Source of the DNA: Thalia democratica
Lineage: Eukaryota
DNA: 64,000 bases
Assembly: GCA_965202585.1 (NCBI GenBank)
Contig: OZ241829.1
Location: 33,852,001 to 33,916,000, forward strand
Direction of reading: 5' to 3'
Of this stretch, positions 8,908 to 21,194 are shown piece by piece (within the stretch, counting starts at the first letter, position 1; the number at the start of each line of letters is the position of its first letter). The notes beneath the pieces are model-generated. The model made no database searches and had not been told where the DNA came from. It saw only the letters and a list, made by a program, of their open reading frames with translations. Position numbers and translations under genes: made by a program.

Positions 8908-11900
8908 CTCAGGCTCCAGACACTCTTCAGCTTCGCCGTAGACCCAGTCGTGGATCGACCCGACGACCATCCGCTCCCCGAACTCGCTCTCACCGTTGGC
9001 GAACTTCCTCCCCACCCTCAGATCCCCGTCATCTTGCAGCTTCAGGCACAGCTCGCACTCGCTGTTGGGCAGGTTGAAGCCGAACAGGTTCTCGGGGGGG
9101 TCCAGCCGCCACCTGAAGTACTCCATGTAGGCCTGGTCGTTCAGGTCGAGGTAGTGGAGGTAGTCGATCAGGTTCTTGCGGTCCGGGTAGTCGTCGACGA
9201 AGATGAAGCTCTTCCTCGGTAGCACGGCTTCGTAGCTTTCCTTTGGTTTTTTATTTTAAACTCGCACAACTGTATTGTCTTGGTTATTATAACTACGCGT
9301 TATTGAGTTTTAAAAGTTTTAAAACAGGGTTTCCCAAACTTCTTTTTAAAATTGCCCCCGTTAAGAAATAAAAATGGCTTTTGCCCCCTCCAACAAGATT
9401 ACCATTTAAAAAACCTAAGACCTTTTTTTTTTTTGCTTTTCATCTGCAATTCAAGAATATCTAGTGTAAGTTTCAAAATTACTAATAAATACACCTGAGA
9501 CTTTTTTTTTTGCTTTTCATCTGCAATTCAAGAATATCTAGTGTAAGTTTCAAAATTACTAATAAATACACCTGAGACTTTTTTTTTTGCTGTTCATCTG
9601 CAATTCAAGAATATCTAGTGTAAGTTTCAAAATTTTAAAATTCCCCCCTCCCCTTTTGCCCCTTTACTAATTATTGCCTTCCAACTTACTAAAATCGCCC
9701 CCAGGGTGGCGGTACTGCCCACTTTGGGAAACCCTCTTTTAAAGTGTAAAGCTATGCGTTAATAATTCTGAAACAGCTAGTTTAGATTTTAAAGTGTGCA
9801 GAGTAATTTTTCTCCAAACCTTAGTGGCACCGTAGACAACCGGCACTGCGCCGCTGGCGAAGCTCCGGAAAAGTTTCTCGGTAATGTAGTCTGTGCAGTT
9901 GTGCGAGTTTTCGAAAGCAAGGTAGAACTTGAAAGTGGAAATGAACTTTTCAACTTTTTTTCCGGTAAAGTCGCTACGAGGACTCACTTCAGGGGCGTCC
10001 GGAAAACATTTTCCTCTTTATTTTTGTTTTTTGTTATAAAAAAGTTTTATACGATTAAATTAATGAATTATTGAGGAGGCTTTTGATAATTTTTCATGTG
10101 AAAACAAAAATTTTAATATTTAGAAATAGGTTATAATTTACTTTACATTCAACTAAATAACATATAATGTGTTATAAACTATCAGTATATATCAATTAGA
10201 ACAAATTAACTGCATACATAGGAACTTTTATCATAGCGAGTTAGTACGTATTATTGCAACATCTTGGTAACATTTAACCGCCCACCTGCGGTCCACTTCC
10301 AGACCCATGTCGACCAGCTTCTGCACGAGGTCCCATCGCTTGGTGGCGCCGTGCGATTTTTTGCAGTTGGAGACAATCCACGTGACCAGGCCGGTCTTGT
10401 TTCGCACCAGTGCTTCCAGCGCCGCACCAGCATCAGGGTTTTCGTCCCTGATGGTTTTGGCGACGTCGTAAATTTTGCCGTACGGAAAGTACGCGCTGCT
10501 GTCCCGTCTGAAAAAGTGTATTGAAATAGGGGAACTTTAAGGTAGATAATGTAATTGAGCTCCTAGGATAAGTTGGGTACGTTGACGTTGTCGCTTGAAA
10601 CCGTTTGTGAAGGAGTTTTTATTAAAACGTAACTGAAAGTATGTAACGCACGCACTTGAAAAATAATTCAAAAGGAAACAATAAACATACTCTGAACGCT
10701 AACAAAGGCATGAATGGTATTCAATGGGCTTTTAAGTACTTTTTGATTAAGTGTTAAATATAAACGATAAGATATGGGTGGTGTGAATAATGATGGTTTT
10801 TTATAAGCAAACTAACAAATAAGATTATTTAGCAACCAAAAAAAAATTGTGTTCGTAACATAAGCAAAAAGTTTAGTTAGATTATTTTTACTACCATTTT
10901 TAAGTCATTTAAAACTATTTGGTGAAAATATGATGATAATTAATAACAGTATAATTTTTTTATTAAAATCGGTTTAAAATTATTTGATTTTTTCACCTAA
11001 ATTAATTTATAGATTGTTTGATAAAGGTACAAAAGCTACTCAGTAAAACAAAAACTACTAACAAGGGGTATTTTTTTGCTGGGTTCTAAGTCGTTTTTTC
11101 ATTAAATTAACAAACTAAGCTACTTAATATCAAAATTTTAAAAAGTTCTGGCATTATGTTATTTGATTAAGAATTATTTTGATCTGCTTTCTTTGACTAA
11201 AAACGTTTTTTTTAATAAATAAATACATTATTAAAGTAGTATTTGTGTGAAGTATACTTAGTTTTTGATCACTTAGACAAAACTAGTATTGTTTTATTTT
11301 TCTTCTTCTGTTAGACTTACTTTTGAGCTATGCAAGTATTAATCATTTATCTAACTAATTTTACTCATTCTGTTTAAAACTAATACTTTTATATACTAAA
11401 ACAGGATGTGGTAAACTGCAGCCTGTAATGTACTTTTTAGCTAGATTTTTTTTTTTATTCAACATAAAAAAAATATTTTTGTTTTGCAAAAGCTTTCATT
11501 TAGGCTCATAATCTGATAATTAGTAATTAGAAGAGCCTTCTTATTGCATATTTTTTCACAATTATGGTTTAGAGTAGTACTTTTCTAACAACTACTAAAA
11601 TTTTTCTAGATAGGTGCGGCCCACGAAAGACTTTATTCTAAACAGTGCAGCCCGCGAAAAAAGTTTTCTAGGAAAACTGACTCGTTACTTATAAAACGAT
11701 ACCGACCCCTGTACTAAAAAATAAAAATAAAATAAAAACGTTATTTGGTCTCAAAAGTATATATACTTATACAAATACGATTAAACATTGCATAAAACCT
11801 TGGTGACAGTGTCAAATTGAAATATTCATCGAACTGTCTTAGATCACTTTTTTGGTGTTTTATTGTTGCAGCACTTTCCAAAGTCAGAAACCCGTAGTAT

Positions 11901-14900
11901 TGACCTGGTAACCTTTATACATATTTACATGCATTAATCTATTAAAAATAAAAATCATAAAAATTTGTAAGTTGCAACGTTTAATAACTTTAAAATAAAT
12001 TTTTAAAATATGCAAACTAGTTTAAGTTGTTTTTATATTCGTGATAATCTTACATTAAAATAAATATAATTCAAATAGTTCATAACTAAAGAATCTTTTA
12101 AATACGTCTTGAACATTTAGGTGTTACTTTTATTGTAAATATTAAAACTATTGAAAATTATTTTGTTTTTTGCAGATCAAAAGAAAAAAAAAAGCAGTAT
12201 ATAGTTTAATAAAGTTTTCTAACATATAAATAACTCAATAAAAAGTAACTACCTTGGTTTCAAAGGTAAGGTAAATTTCTTAAGCTCTTTGAAGTGAAAT
12301 ATAACAGCTTTTGTTCGGGTATTTTCAATCTGCAACAATTAGTAAAATATAAAAACTAAAAATGCAAAAGTTAACAATTTACATTACTATTTTTTAAACA
12401 ATTAGACACTGTTTGTTTCACAAAAGTAAAAAACTAAAAAAAAATCGTTATCCTAATCTATAAATTTAAAAAAAATTTTAAAATAAGGAAACTTAAAAAA
12501 CAGGATGCATGGTTTCGAAGTAAAGTAATTATAGCTCATGTGTAAGTGTATAGTTAATAGTGTATCAGTTTAACAATTTAATAATTTAGTTATATAATTT
12601 ATGGAACATAAGCACTATTACGCAAATTTTATTCACCTAAATATGAGTGATAAATACACCATTAAACGATTATATTAAAAAAAGGTATATAAAAAGTGCA
12701 TTACTTGACAGATTGCAGTTTTTCATAAAAAATAGTTTATAACTTATAAAAAAAAACTTTGTGGTCAAAAAACATAAACTGTTACAATTTTTTGTTTGTT
12801 TCATGCTTTAGATTTAAAAGATATTTTATGTTAGGTTCCTGTACAGCCCATGAATTTGGCTTAAAGTTTACGGAAAAAAACGCAGTATTGCAAGCGTTAA
12901 AACTTTGCGACATGACATATTTTATTATTAAACTACTTGATGTCATTGAAAAAAAATCTGATGAAAACTGAAACTTACCAGGGTCCGGTCATCCGTGACC
13001 CGGCAACCACCGCATTCAGGGGACAAGATTTGGTTCCTTCCTTCGCCAAACGGTCGATACCAGTACAGGATGTTCTGAAAGATTTCATTAATATTCGGCA
13101 CTCGACTATTGAGTTCAAACGTAGCTAGCTGCATTTTCGCACGCAGAAGATTTTCGTTAGCATAACTACTTTGTGAGAGTTAAAACTTTGTCAAATATTA
13201 AATGAGTTTGACTAGTAAAAGTTAGGTGTTACTTAACAGTAAATTATTTCGCTTAGTTTTATATTGTAAATTTTCTGCAAAAAAAAAATCATAAGCGTAT
13301 AAAAGTCGCTTAAGTTAAGTGTGTAAACTAGAATGAAAATTGGTAAACGTTTACAAATTTTAAATTTATTTGTACATCATCAAAATACCTACTTAGAATT
13401 TAGTTAGAAAGTTATTTATAGTTTAAGTCCTTCAACTAATTTTTTATGTTTGTTTGTAAAATAACTTTATTTTTAGTCAGGATAAAGCTTAAAAAACAGA
13501 ATTAAACTATGTGTAACTTAATAGTCCTTTTCTAACAAAATCTATTTTAATACTGTATTTATAAATATTATCAAACAATCGACAGCATTTCTTTTGTAAC
13601 GCAATGTTTAAGAATAATTTGCTAGGTTAAAGTGTCATAGTTATACTGTAGGTTAGTGAAAGTTAGCTAGATTTTACGAACAAAGTTACTAACGATTGGT
13701 ATACTTTCCTCCACAGTTTTCGAATCAAATATTTCCTGAAAAATTTTAGTATGTATTAATTACACAAATATAACCTCAAGTGTGTAAACTTAAGTTAAGT
13801 GTGTAAACTAGAATAAAAATTGGTAAACGTTTACAAACTTTAAATTTATTTGTACATCAGCAAAATACCTACTTAGAATTTAGTTAAAAGGTTATTTATA
13901 GTTTAAGTCCTTCAACTAGTTTTTTATGTTTGTTTGTAAAATAACTTTATTTTTAGTCAGGATAAAGCTTAAAAAACAGAATTAAACTATGTGTAACTTA
14001 ATAGTCCTTTTCTAACAAAATCTATTTTAATACTGTATTTATAAATATTATCAAACAATCGACAGCATTTATTTTGTAACGCAATGTTTAAGAATAATTT
14101 GCTAGGTTAAAGTGTCATAGTTATACTGTAGGTTAGTGAAAGTTAGCTAGATTTTACGAACAAAGTTACTAACGATTGGTATACTTTCCTCCACAGTTTT
14201 CGAATCAAATATTTCCTGAAAAATTTTAGTATGTATTAATTACACAAATATAACCTCAAGTGTGTAAACTTAAGTTAAGTGTGTAAACTAGAATAAAAAT
14301 TGGTAAACGTTTACAAACTTTAAATTTATTTGTACATCAGCAAAATACCTACTTAGAATTTAGTTAAAAGGTTATTTATAGTTTAAGTCCTTCAACTAGT
14401 TTTTTATGTTTGTTTGTAAAATAACTTTATTTTTAGTCAGGATAAAACTCAAAAACAGATTTAAACTATGTGTAACTTAATAGTCCTTTTCTAACAAAAT
14501 CTATTTTAATACTGTATTTATAAATATTATCAAACAATCGACAGCATTTATTTTGTAACGCAATGTTTAAGAATAATTTGCTAGGTTAAAATGTCATAGT
14601 TATACTGTAGGTTAGTGAAAGTTAGCTAGATTTTACGAACAAAGTTACTAACGATTAGTATACTTTCTTCCACAGTTTTCGAATCAAATGTTTCCTAAAA
14701 AGTTTTAGTATGTATTAATTACACAAATATAACCTTCCGCGTAAATTCGCACGTTAAACGTAACCAAAAGTGCGAAGTTGTGCGAATATAGCAGATTTTA
14801 CTTTAGAACTTACTTTAGAACTAGTACTGTTCATCAGACATATTTGTCACTGTTTATATGTTTATCTTTTGTTATTTCAAATTTAAATCTAAAAATAAGA

Positions 14901-17136
14901 CTCTTAGTAATAAAAAAAGCAATTGTTATATGACTGGCTGGCAAAAGTTACATAAAAATAAAACTTCACAAAATTTTAATTAAAGTAATTATCAAAGTAT
15001 TTGTCATATACAATAAAGTTACATGTTAAAAAACAAGGTTTGTTTTGAAAAGAATAAAAGTGTACTTCAAATAAATTTAAACGCTACATTTCTGTAAATC
15101 TAAGAAATACTACTGATATTTAAAAAATAAAAATCTGTTGAAAGTATTTTTTCAATACAAATTTACTAAACTTAACACTTTAAAATTCTTTCGGTTTATA
15201 ATGTTTATAGAAGACTTAATTTAAAATACTTCTGTACTCTTTGGTTCTAAACCGGTATTTAATTTCGGATGTGCAAATATAACTGTTATATAGATTTAAC
15301 TATTATTAAAGTTTTATTAAGTCTTTAAAGTATTAGAAAGTTTAAATGCATTAGTACTAAAAATATAGCAGTTTTTATCTTAAAAAACAAACTTTGAATT
15401 TTTGTTTTTAAGAAACATCTTTCAAACTTCAAGAAATTTTATTTAATTTATTAATGATAAAGACTTTTTATTTGGTTTTTTACGTAACTGTTTATTAACT
15501 TACACACTTTAGTACTATAGTTATAACTGTATGCTGTTTAAATCATTATTTATAATTTAAGAAAAAAAGACTAACGACAGGTAAGACTTCTTCCCCAGCT
15601 TGTACTTTTAACATTCCCTAGAAAAAAATATCAATTACTTATCTAAGTTAAGTGTTGATATATTCTAATATTATTTAGTAAATTACAAACCACTTAAACA
15701 AAAAATGTATTAACAGAAAATCCAAATTTTTGCAAATGTGTGCTTACTTGATATTTCCTAATTTTGTTTATGTAATTTTTTTAAATTTATTTAAATTCAG
15801 TTGTTTTAGTATTTTTTTACTATTATATTTAAGAAAAAGTTTATTTACATAATCTAAAAAATTGAGTTGTTTATACTTTCAGAAAAAAATAAAGTATTGA
15901 ATTTGTATGAAACATTTTTAAACTTAAACAATAATTTTAATCAGTTTGCAATATTTAAATTAATAACAGTTTTAAAAAACAAAATGCAAGAACAATTAAA
16001 CTTTATTATTTAGTGTTTACTAAAAATATGCATTAATTTTGTTTAGAGAAAATAATTTTATTAAGATTGCTACTTCTGAGTATTAAGATTAGGTTGTAAG
16101 TTTGTAAAAATTGTTCAAACTTTAAGAAGTAAAAAAGTACTAATCAATGGTTGTAATTCCTCTCATGGTACTTTACTTTATACTCTTTGAAAAAAAATTA
16201 AGTTGCATAAGTCAAATACATATTACTGATAATAAATAAAAAAATTGAACAGTGTTAATAAAAATAAGTAAATCAATTTGAACAGACTAATTTTATGATA
16301 ATATTAATCAAACCTCTTCTAAAATTTTTCTAGCTCTTTCTACCCCAGAATATATGTTTCCTTTTTGTTCATGGTTTTCTAAGTTTAGCTGAAAGTAAAC
16401 AGACAAAATTTCTATTTAAGTAAATTTAGTGTTTAGATAATTGTATAATAAACAATTAATTGAGTGAAATCATTACCAAGTTTTAGAATAAAAGAATAAA
16501 AAAACAAAAGTAGGTTTAAATAACAAACAAAGTAAAAGTTTAAAATAAAATACTTACATATATTACAAGTTTTGCTTTTTAGCTTTACTTTTACTTTGTC
16601 AATATAAATATTTTTTTTTTTTACTAAATTGTTTTTTTACTTTAAACTAAATATGTTGTATTTAAAATTAATAAATACAGGTTAATAAGAATCGTTGCTT
16701 GCAATTAAAGTTTTAAGATTTAAATTTTTATTTATAGTTAGTTTAAGGTTTTTTGTAGTTCAATTTCTTTAAGCTGATTATACTAGCTTAATTAAACTAA
16801 AAGTTTTAGTTTTCTAGTTAAAATTTTATTTTTGATAACAAATTAAACATTTAAAAAAACCTGTGCTGCAGGTAGTATACTTTTATTTTCGTTGTAAGTT
16901 AAAGTTTTCGGTGAAAAGTACCTTTCTATTCTCCAGCTCTCTAAACCTAGCTATGTAAAAAAATTAAACGTTAGTTAAAGTTTTAATATTTTCTTAGTAA
17001 AGAACATAACAAAAAAATAGATTGTTTATTAAGTTGGTCAACGAACCTCGTTATCGGGCAAATTTGAGTTTTCAAACAGTAAAACTAATATCACACACAA
17101 AAATGTGCAGGCTAGTAGCTTGAGATGAGTTTTCAT
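8908..17136 (-). CDS. Alpha-(1,3)-fucosyltransferase, GT10 family (FUT4/7/9-like), type II membrane protein; core exons 1-9
   Basis: Exons (minus strand): 17047-17136 (MKTHLKLLACTFLCVILVLLF, signal anchor), 16861-16950, 16314-16388, 12979-13074 (NILYWYRPFG..CGGCRVTDDRTL), 12253-12329 (KAVIFH), 11799-11912 (PGQYYGFLTLES..FNLTLSPR), 10286-10507 (RDSSAYFPYG..VTWIVSNC), 9820-10015 (FKFYLAFENSHNCTDYITEKL..VPVVYG, the alpha-1,3 motif), 8908-9240 (SFIFVDDY..YLHYLDLNDQAYMEYFRWR). All introns are GT-AG and phases join in frame. If the donor after 8908 is not used, the frame reads on to a stop at 8866. Confidence 0.9.
9325..9736. mobile_element. hAT (Charlie-like) MITE in FUT intron 8
   Basis: TIR CAGGGTTTCCCAAA / TTTGGGAAACCCTC. 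The 8-bp flanks TTTTAAAA / TTTTTAAA differ by one base. Confidence 0.75.
9418..9633. repeat. ~80-bp tandem repeat, about 2.7 copies, inside the hAT MITE
   Basis: TTTTCATCTGCAATTCAAGAATATCTAGTGTAAGTTTCAAAATT occurs three times, nearly identical. Confidence 0.9.
11402..11711. mobile_element. hAT-Charlie-like MITE (CAGGGGTCGGCA family) in FUT intron 6
   Basis: Ends CAGGATGTGGTAAACTGCAGCC / ACCGACCCCTG; perfect 8-bp TSD TACTAAAA on both sides. Confidence 0.85.
13311..14735. repeat. Tandem triplication of a 480-bp unit in FUT intron 3
   Basis: Units start at 13311, 13791 and 14271 (TAAGTTAAGTGTGTAAACTAG); adjacent copies differ at only a handful of sites. Confidence 0.95.
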
Positions 17137-17400
17137 TTTGGAACAGCTTCATTGAAAAAACTATAAGCTACTTTTTGTAGAAACTTTAAAACTGTTTTTG
17201 GTATTTAAAGTAACGTATTTTAAAGTCTTTTTACTAAGCATTTATTATAAAGAAAATTATAAACACGACATAAGTATAGTCATTATATGTTATTTTGTTT
17301 TTTATTCTTTCATTTTGTTGATTGTTTTATTTCTTAATTTTTGAAAATTTTAGATTAAGAAAATTAATATTTTAGCTCGTAAGAAATTGTAAAAGCATGT

Positions 17401-17490
17401 GGTTTATGACTCGATAACCGAAAGGTTTTTCGTACACCAGGTCCCAGGACCAAACTTTTTGAGCGCTTTATTTTATCGTTTAATAAACAA
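17401..17490 (+). mobile_element. SINE-like repeat family copy, ~265 bp upstream of the FUT ATG
   Basis: GACTCGATAACCGAAAGGTTTTTTCGTACACCAGGTCCCAGGACCAAAC..GAGCG. Confidence 0.7.
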
Positions 17491-18924
17491 TATACATTTA
17501 TTTGATCAAAGTAGTTTATACTCATGGCAAGTGTTGTTTCTAACTATATTAAAAATGTTCTCAACATTTTTGTTTAAGTTAATAAAACTATAATTTTCAA
17601 AAAGGCTACTTTTGTATATTTTAAAATTAAAATAGTTCCTTATAACTACACTGTATTGTTAATAATAAAAATAAGTACGAATAAAAATATCTAAACTTCA
17701 AAACACACTTTTTTTGTTGTTACTATTATAATAGTTGAAATTCAAACCATCTTTTTTAAATATAGATTAAGTAATTTTAGTTCTATAAAAGTTATTAAAA
17801 TTAAAACAAATTTTACTTTTAAATGTTTTATAGTTTTTAGAAATCAGCTAAACTTATATTATATATTATTTCGTTTCCTAAAATATATTTTGTTTATATA
17901 CTTGACGTTGTACTTAACAAAACTTAAAACTATCATTAAAAAAATGTTTCTTTTCAAACAAAAAAATTGAATATTTTCTTATTTTATGTTTTTAATAGAA
18001 AAGCTAAGTTAAACAAAAAAAACCAACTCAAAACTGAAATAGAACCAATTAGAATAATGTTTATGGTGATTTCTTTCCCTGAGCTACTTTCTATGTAAAC
18101 TAAAAAGTTGGTAATAATACAACACCGCCTACGGCTGTAGAAGACTTAACACGTTTCTTAGAGAAAATATTTGTTCATAGACTATTTTGATACATCAAAA
18201 AGTAACAGAAACAAAAAACAAATCTTAAAACAAAAATAAAGGTGTTTCATATAAATTTTTATAGTTAGTTTAGTACTCCATACTTAGGTTTGAATTTTAA
18301 GTTTTTGAACGCTTACTATCTTAAATTTTAAACCTGACAATGTAGTTTTTATAACCTTAGTACTTTTTTTGTATTAGTATTGAAATTTTAAAAGAATGAA
18401 TTGAATAAAATATAGTATAAGTTTTATTTTTATGTTTAAAAACTTATAACATGATTATCAAGTATTAGAAACGTTTATAGTGTTAAAAAAGTTAAAGTAA
18501 ACAACCAGTCAGAGCTCAACAAGCAAAGCATCGTTTCATTTGATAAATATTTTCGTTTTTAAATCTTGACTCTAAAAACATAGTAAGCATCTTGAAAAAT
18601 AACAAAAGCAAGCGTTTATTTATAAACGTAACCGTCATCAGCTTAGGCAATTAAAAAAAGCTTTTTTAACTATCTTGTTTGAAATTTTATCTCTGCTTAT
18701 ACCATAAAATTTATTTCTCAGTGTATTACTTAAGTATTAAGTTACGCAAAAAACTTAAAACACAAACTTACAGTATCAAAAACAAAGGTTCCAGCCAGCA
18801 CTTAAAAAAATAAATTTAAAAAATGTTTTATTTTTAATAAATTATAGAACTTTAATTTCTATACAATCCTTAGTAAATATACAAAGATGTACTTGTTACT
18901 GATCCTTAATTTCAGTAAAATGTA

Positions 18925-19480
18925 CTTTTAATTTTATAGGGCTGGTAGCGGTGCCAAAGCATGAGCGTAGAAAACAAAAATTTGGTCAGTAATGTCTGCG
19001 GATCTTTGGCAGAGTGAGCAACAAACTCAGTGTCGTCAATAAAAAGCTTTGCTTTCAGATGTGGAGGACAGTAAGCGTCCGTCAAAACTCGCATGCTGCT
19101 AAATTCAAGCTGATGTGCAGAATTTATGCATTGTGACATCATAAAAACGGAAACTCTTTTGAAGTTGGAGCAACGATGCCACCTTGCTTTATTTGTCGAT
19201 TAATCGTAAAAGAACCAATAAAGTTGCTATCAAAAAGGACGATTGCCATAGAGATGGAGTGAAAGGACTTTGCAAGGTTAAGATGCTCATAGAGCAGCGA
19301 AAATTTAAAAATCCTGAGCAGACCTTTTCTTCTCAACAGATTGACAGGTCTATAGATTAAGTAAGGTCGATGACATCAATATAAAAAGGCATGTTTTATA
19401 TTTTTGCATTTAGCCCCCACTTCAGCATGAGTGTAAAAGCTTTGCCAGCGATACCAAGTAAAAAATTTTTACTGTATTTA
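18925..19480 (-). pseudogene. RTE-clade (BovB/RTE-1-like) LINE, RT domains 1-5, decayed
   Basis: LLGIAGK, NMPFYIDVIDLT, RKGLLRI..KSFH..FTINRQIKQGGIVAPT, LFIDDTEFVAHSAKDPQTLLTKF follow the RTE RT consensus order. Confidence 0.8.
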
Positions 19481-21194
19481 TTTTAGTATTGCCTGAAAAA
19501 CTTGTTGTTATAGGAGGCGATGATCGTACGAACACCAAGTTTCTGCGAAAATACTTATTTGTTTTTAATTTACCTGTGGTGCTGAGTATATTTATTGTAG
19601 TAAAAGGGACCTGGGGTACGGTACTACTGTTACTTCTTAAAGGGGTTTACTAAGTACACATACTAACCATAAGTAAATTGTCATCAGATTTACCTGACTC
19701 TCTAACTTTTTTTGCTAAACGCATTGAAGGCTTTAACTTTAAAGTAAGATTATGTTTTAAATCTGTAACTAGTTTGCCACTACTTTCTTATTTTTCTTGA
19801 TTTAGCTTAGAAAAAGTAATCTTAATCTATAAATATCGCTTAAAAAAAGTTTTGCGAGCAGTTATATAAAAGCTTTACTTTATCAGAAGAAGAATGACCA
19901 GTTAAACAATCACGACAGAAAAATTGCACTGAGAAATAAAAATACAACAAACATGAAAATCTACAGAATATCACCAAGTTCTTTCAAGGTTTTTAGAGTA
20001 TAGCGCTGGTAAGAAAATTAAAACACTATAGCGAAGAACTATAGTATTTAAACAGTTTTTTAACATTGTTAAGCTTTTATAACCTCGTTTTTACAATCTA
20101 TTTTAACTCTTTTACGCCAAACAGTGGATAATCTTAAGAAAAAAGAAAGCATTGACTTAGTTACATCCAAGCTTAAAATATCAATTAATTTATTATTTTC
20201 AAGTTTATCTTTTAAACAAAACTAGTTTTAATCAATATACTTGAGGGTTGTAGGATAGTAAGTGCTATGTTTTTGATTTATAATTACGACTATGTTAAGT
20301 AATACTAATTATTAATAAGTTGAACAGTTTCAAGGGATTGTAATGTTTTAAAGTGTTTAGTATCCAGTACATACAAATAAACAACATTATAAGTATAATT
20401 AAGATAAATATAAAGTACTAATTTGCTTAAAATAACTTTGGGTTTGTATTTATCTAAAATCATATTTTCTAATTTAGATTGTTCTAAAATTTAAATTAAA
20501 AACAAAATATACATTCAGAATTTTATAATTTTAGTTGGATCAAAACGTAGTGTTTAAAACTCTTGTGAGTTTACTTAAGGTTTTAAGTCCTTTAATTCAA
20601 TTTAAAAATTAGCTTAAACTTATACCCTTAATTATCTTACGTATTTTTAGAGATTTTTGTTAATTTAGAATCAAAACTAATAATAAAAAACATTTCAATT
20701 TAAAATCTCATATCAAAAAGTATATGTAACATTAAAAATCAAAAGTTACCTTTTTTTCTGTTCTTTGAATCCGAAAAAAAACTACAGCATATTAATCTTA
20801 AGATATTAACGAGTTAATTTACGAAGACAACTAAGAACAAACTAACGAAACTTTGAATTCAATTTAATAACTTTCAAAGTTTCGCCTTGCATAACTGACC
20901 CATTCGCAGTAAGCGTGTACCCCGGTTCTTGTTTTATTGTGTTACTTTAATTTATTTGGTTTATTAATTTGTGTGTAGACCAGTGTCATACCAATGTAGT
21001 GTTTTATAGTCGAAAGTGTTTAAAAATATAATAAGTAAATATTAGAAAGGCTTCATAGAATAGTATGCACATGAATTTTAATCTTCGTTTTTGTATAAAG
21101 TTTTTATTAAGTGAGAATGCATAAAGTTAAAAACAATTATAAAATTAAGATAATGTGAATCTTTGTTATTATATTCCAAGTAAAATGTTTAGAG

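Noticed and set aside
8950-9222. Plus-strand 90-aa ORF
   Set aside because: Antisense shadow of GC3-rich FUT exon 9.
13075-13134. ATG at 13134 as the FUT start
   Set aside because: It gives no transmembrane anchor; a good TTTCAG acceptor precedes 13074 and upstream exons exist.
14734-14800. Possible FUT exon ending AAG|GTTATA at the edge of the triplication
   Set aside because: Exons 1-3 at 16.3-17.1 kb already supply the anchor and stem in frame; this segment has an upstream stop and a weak acceptor.
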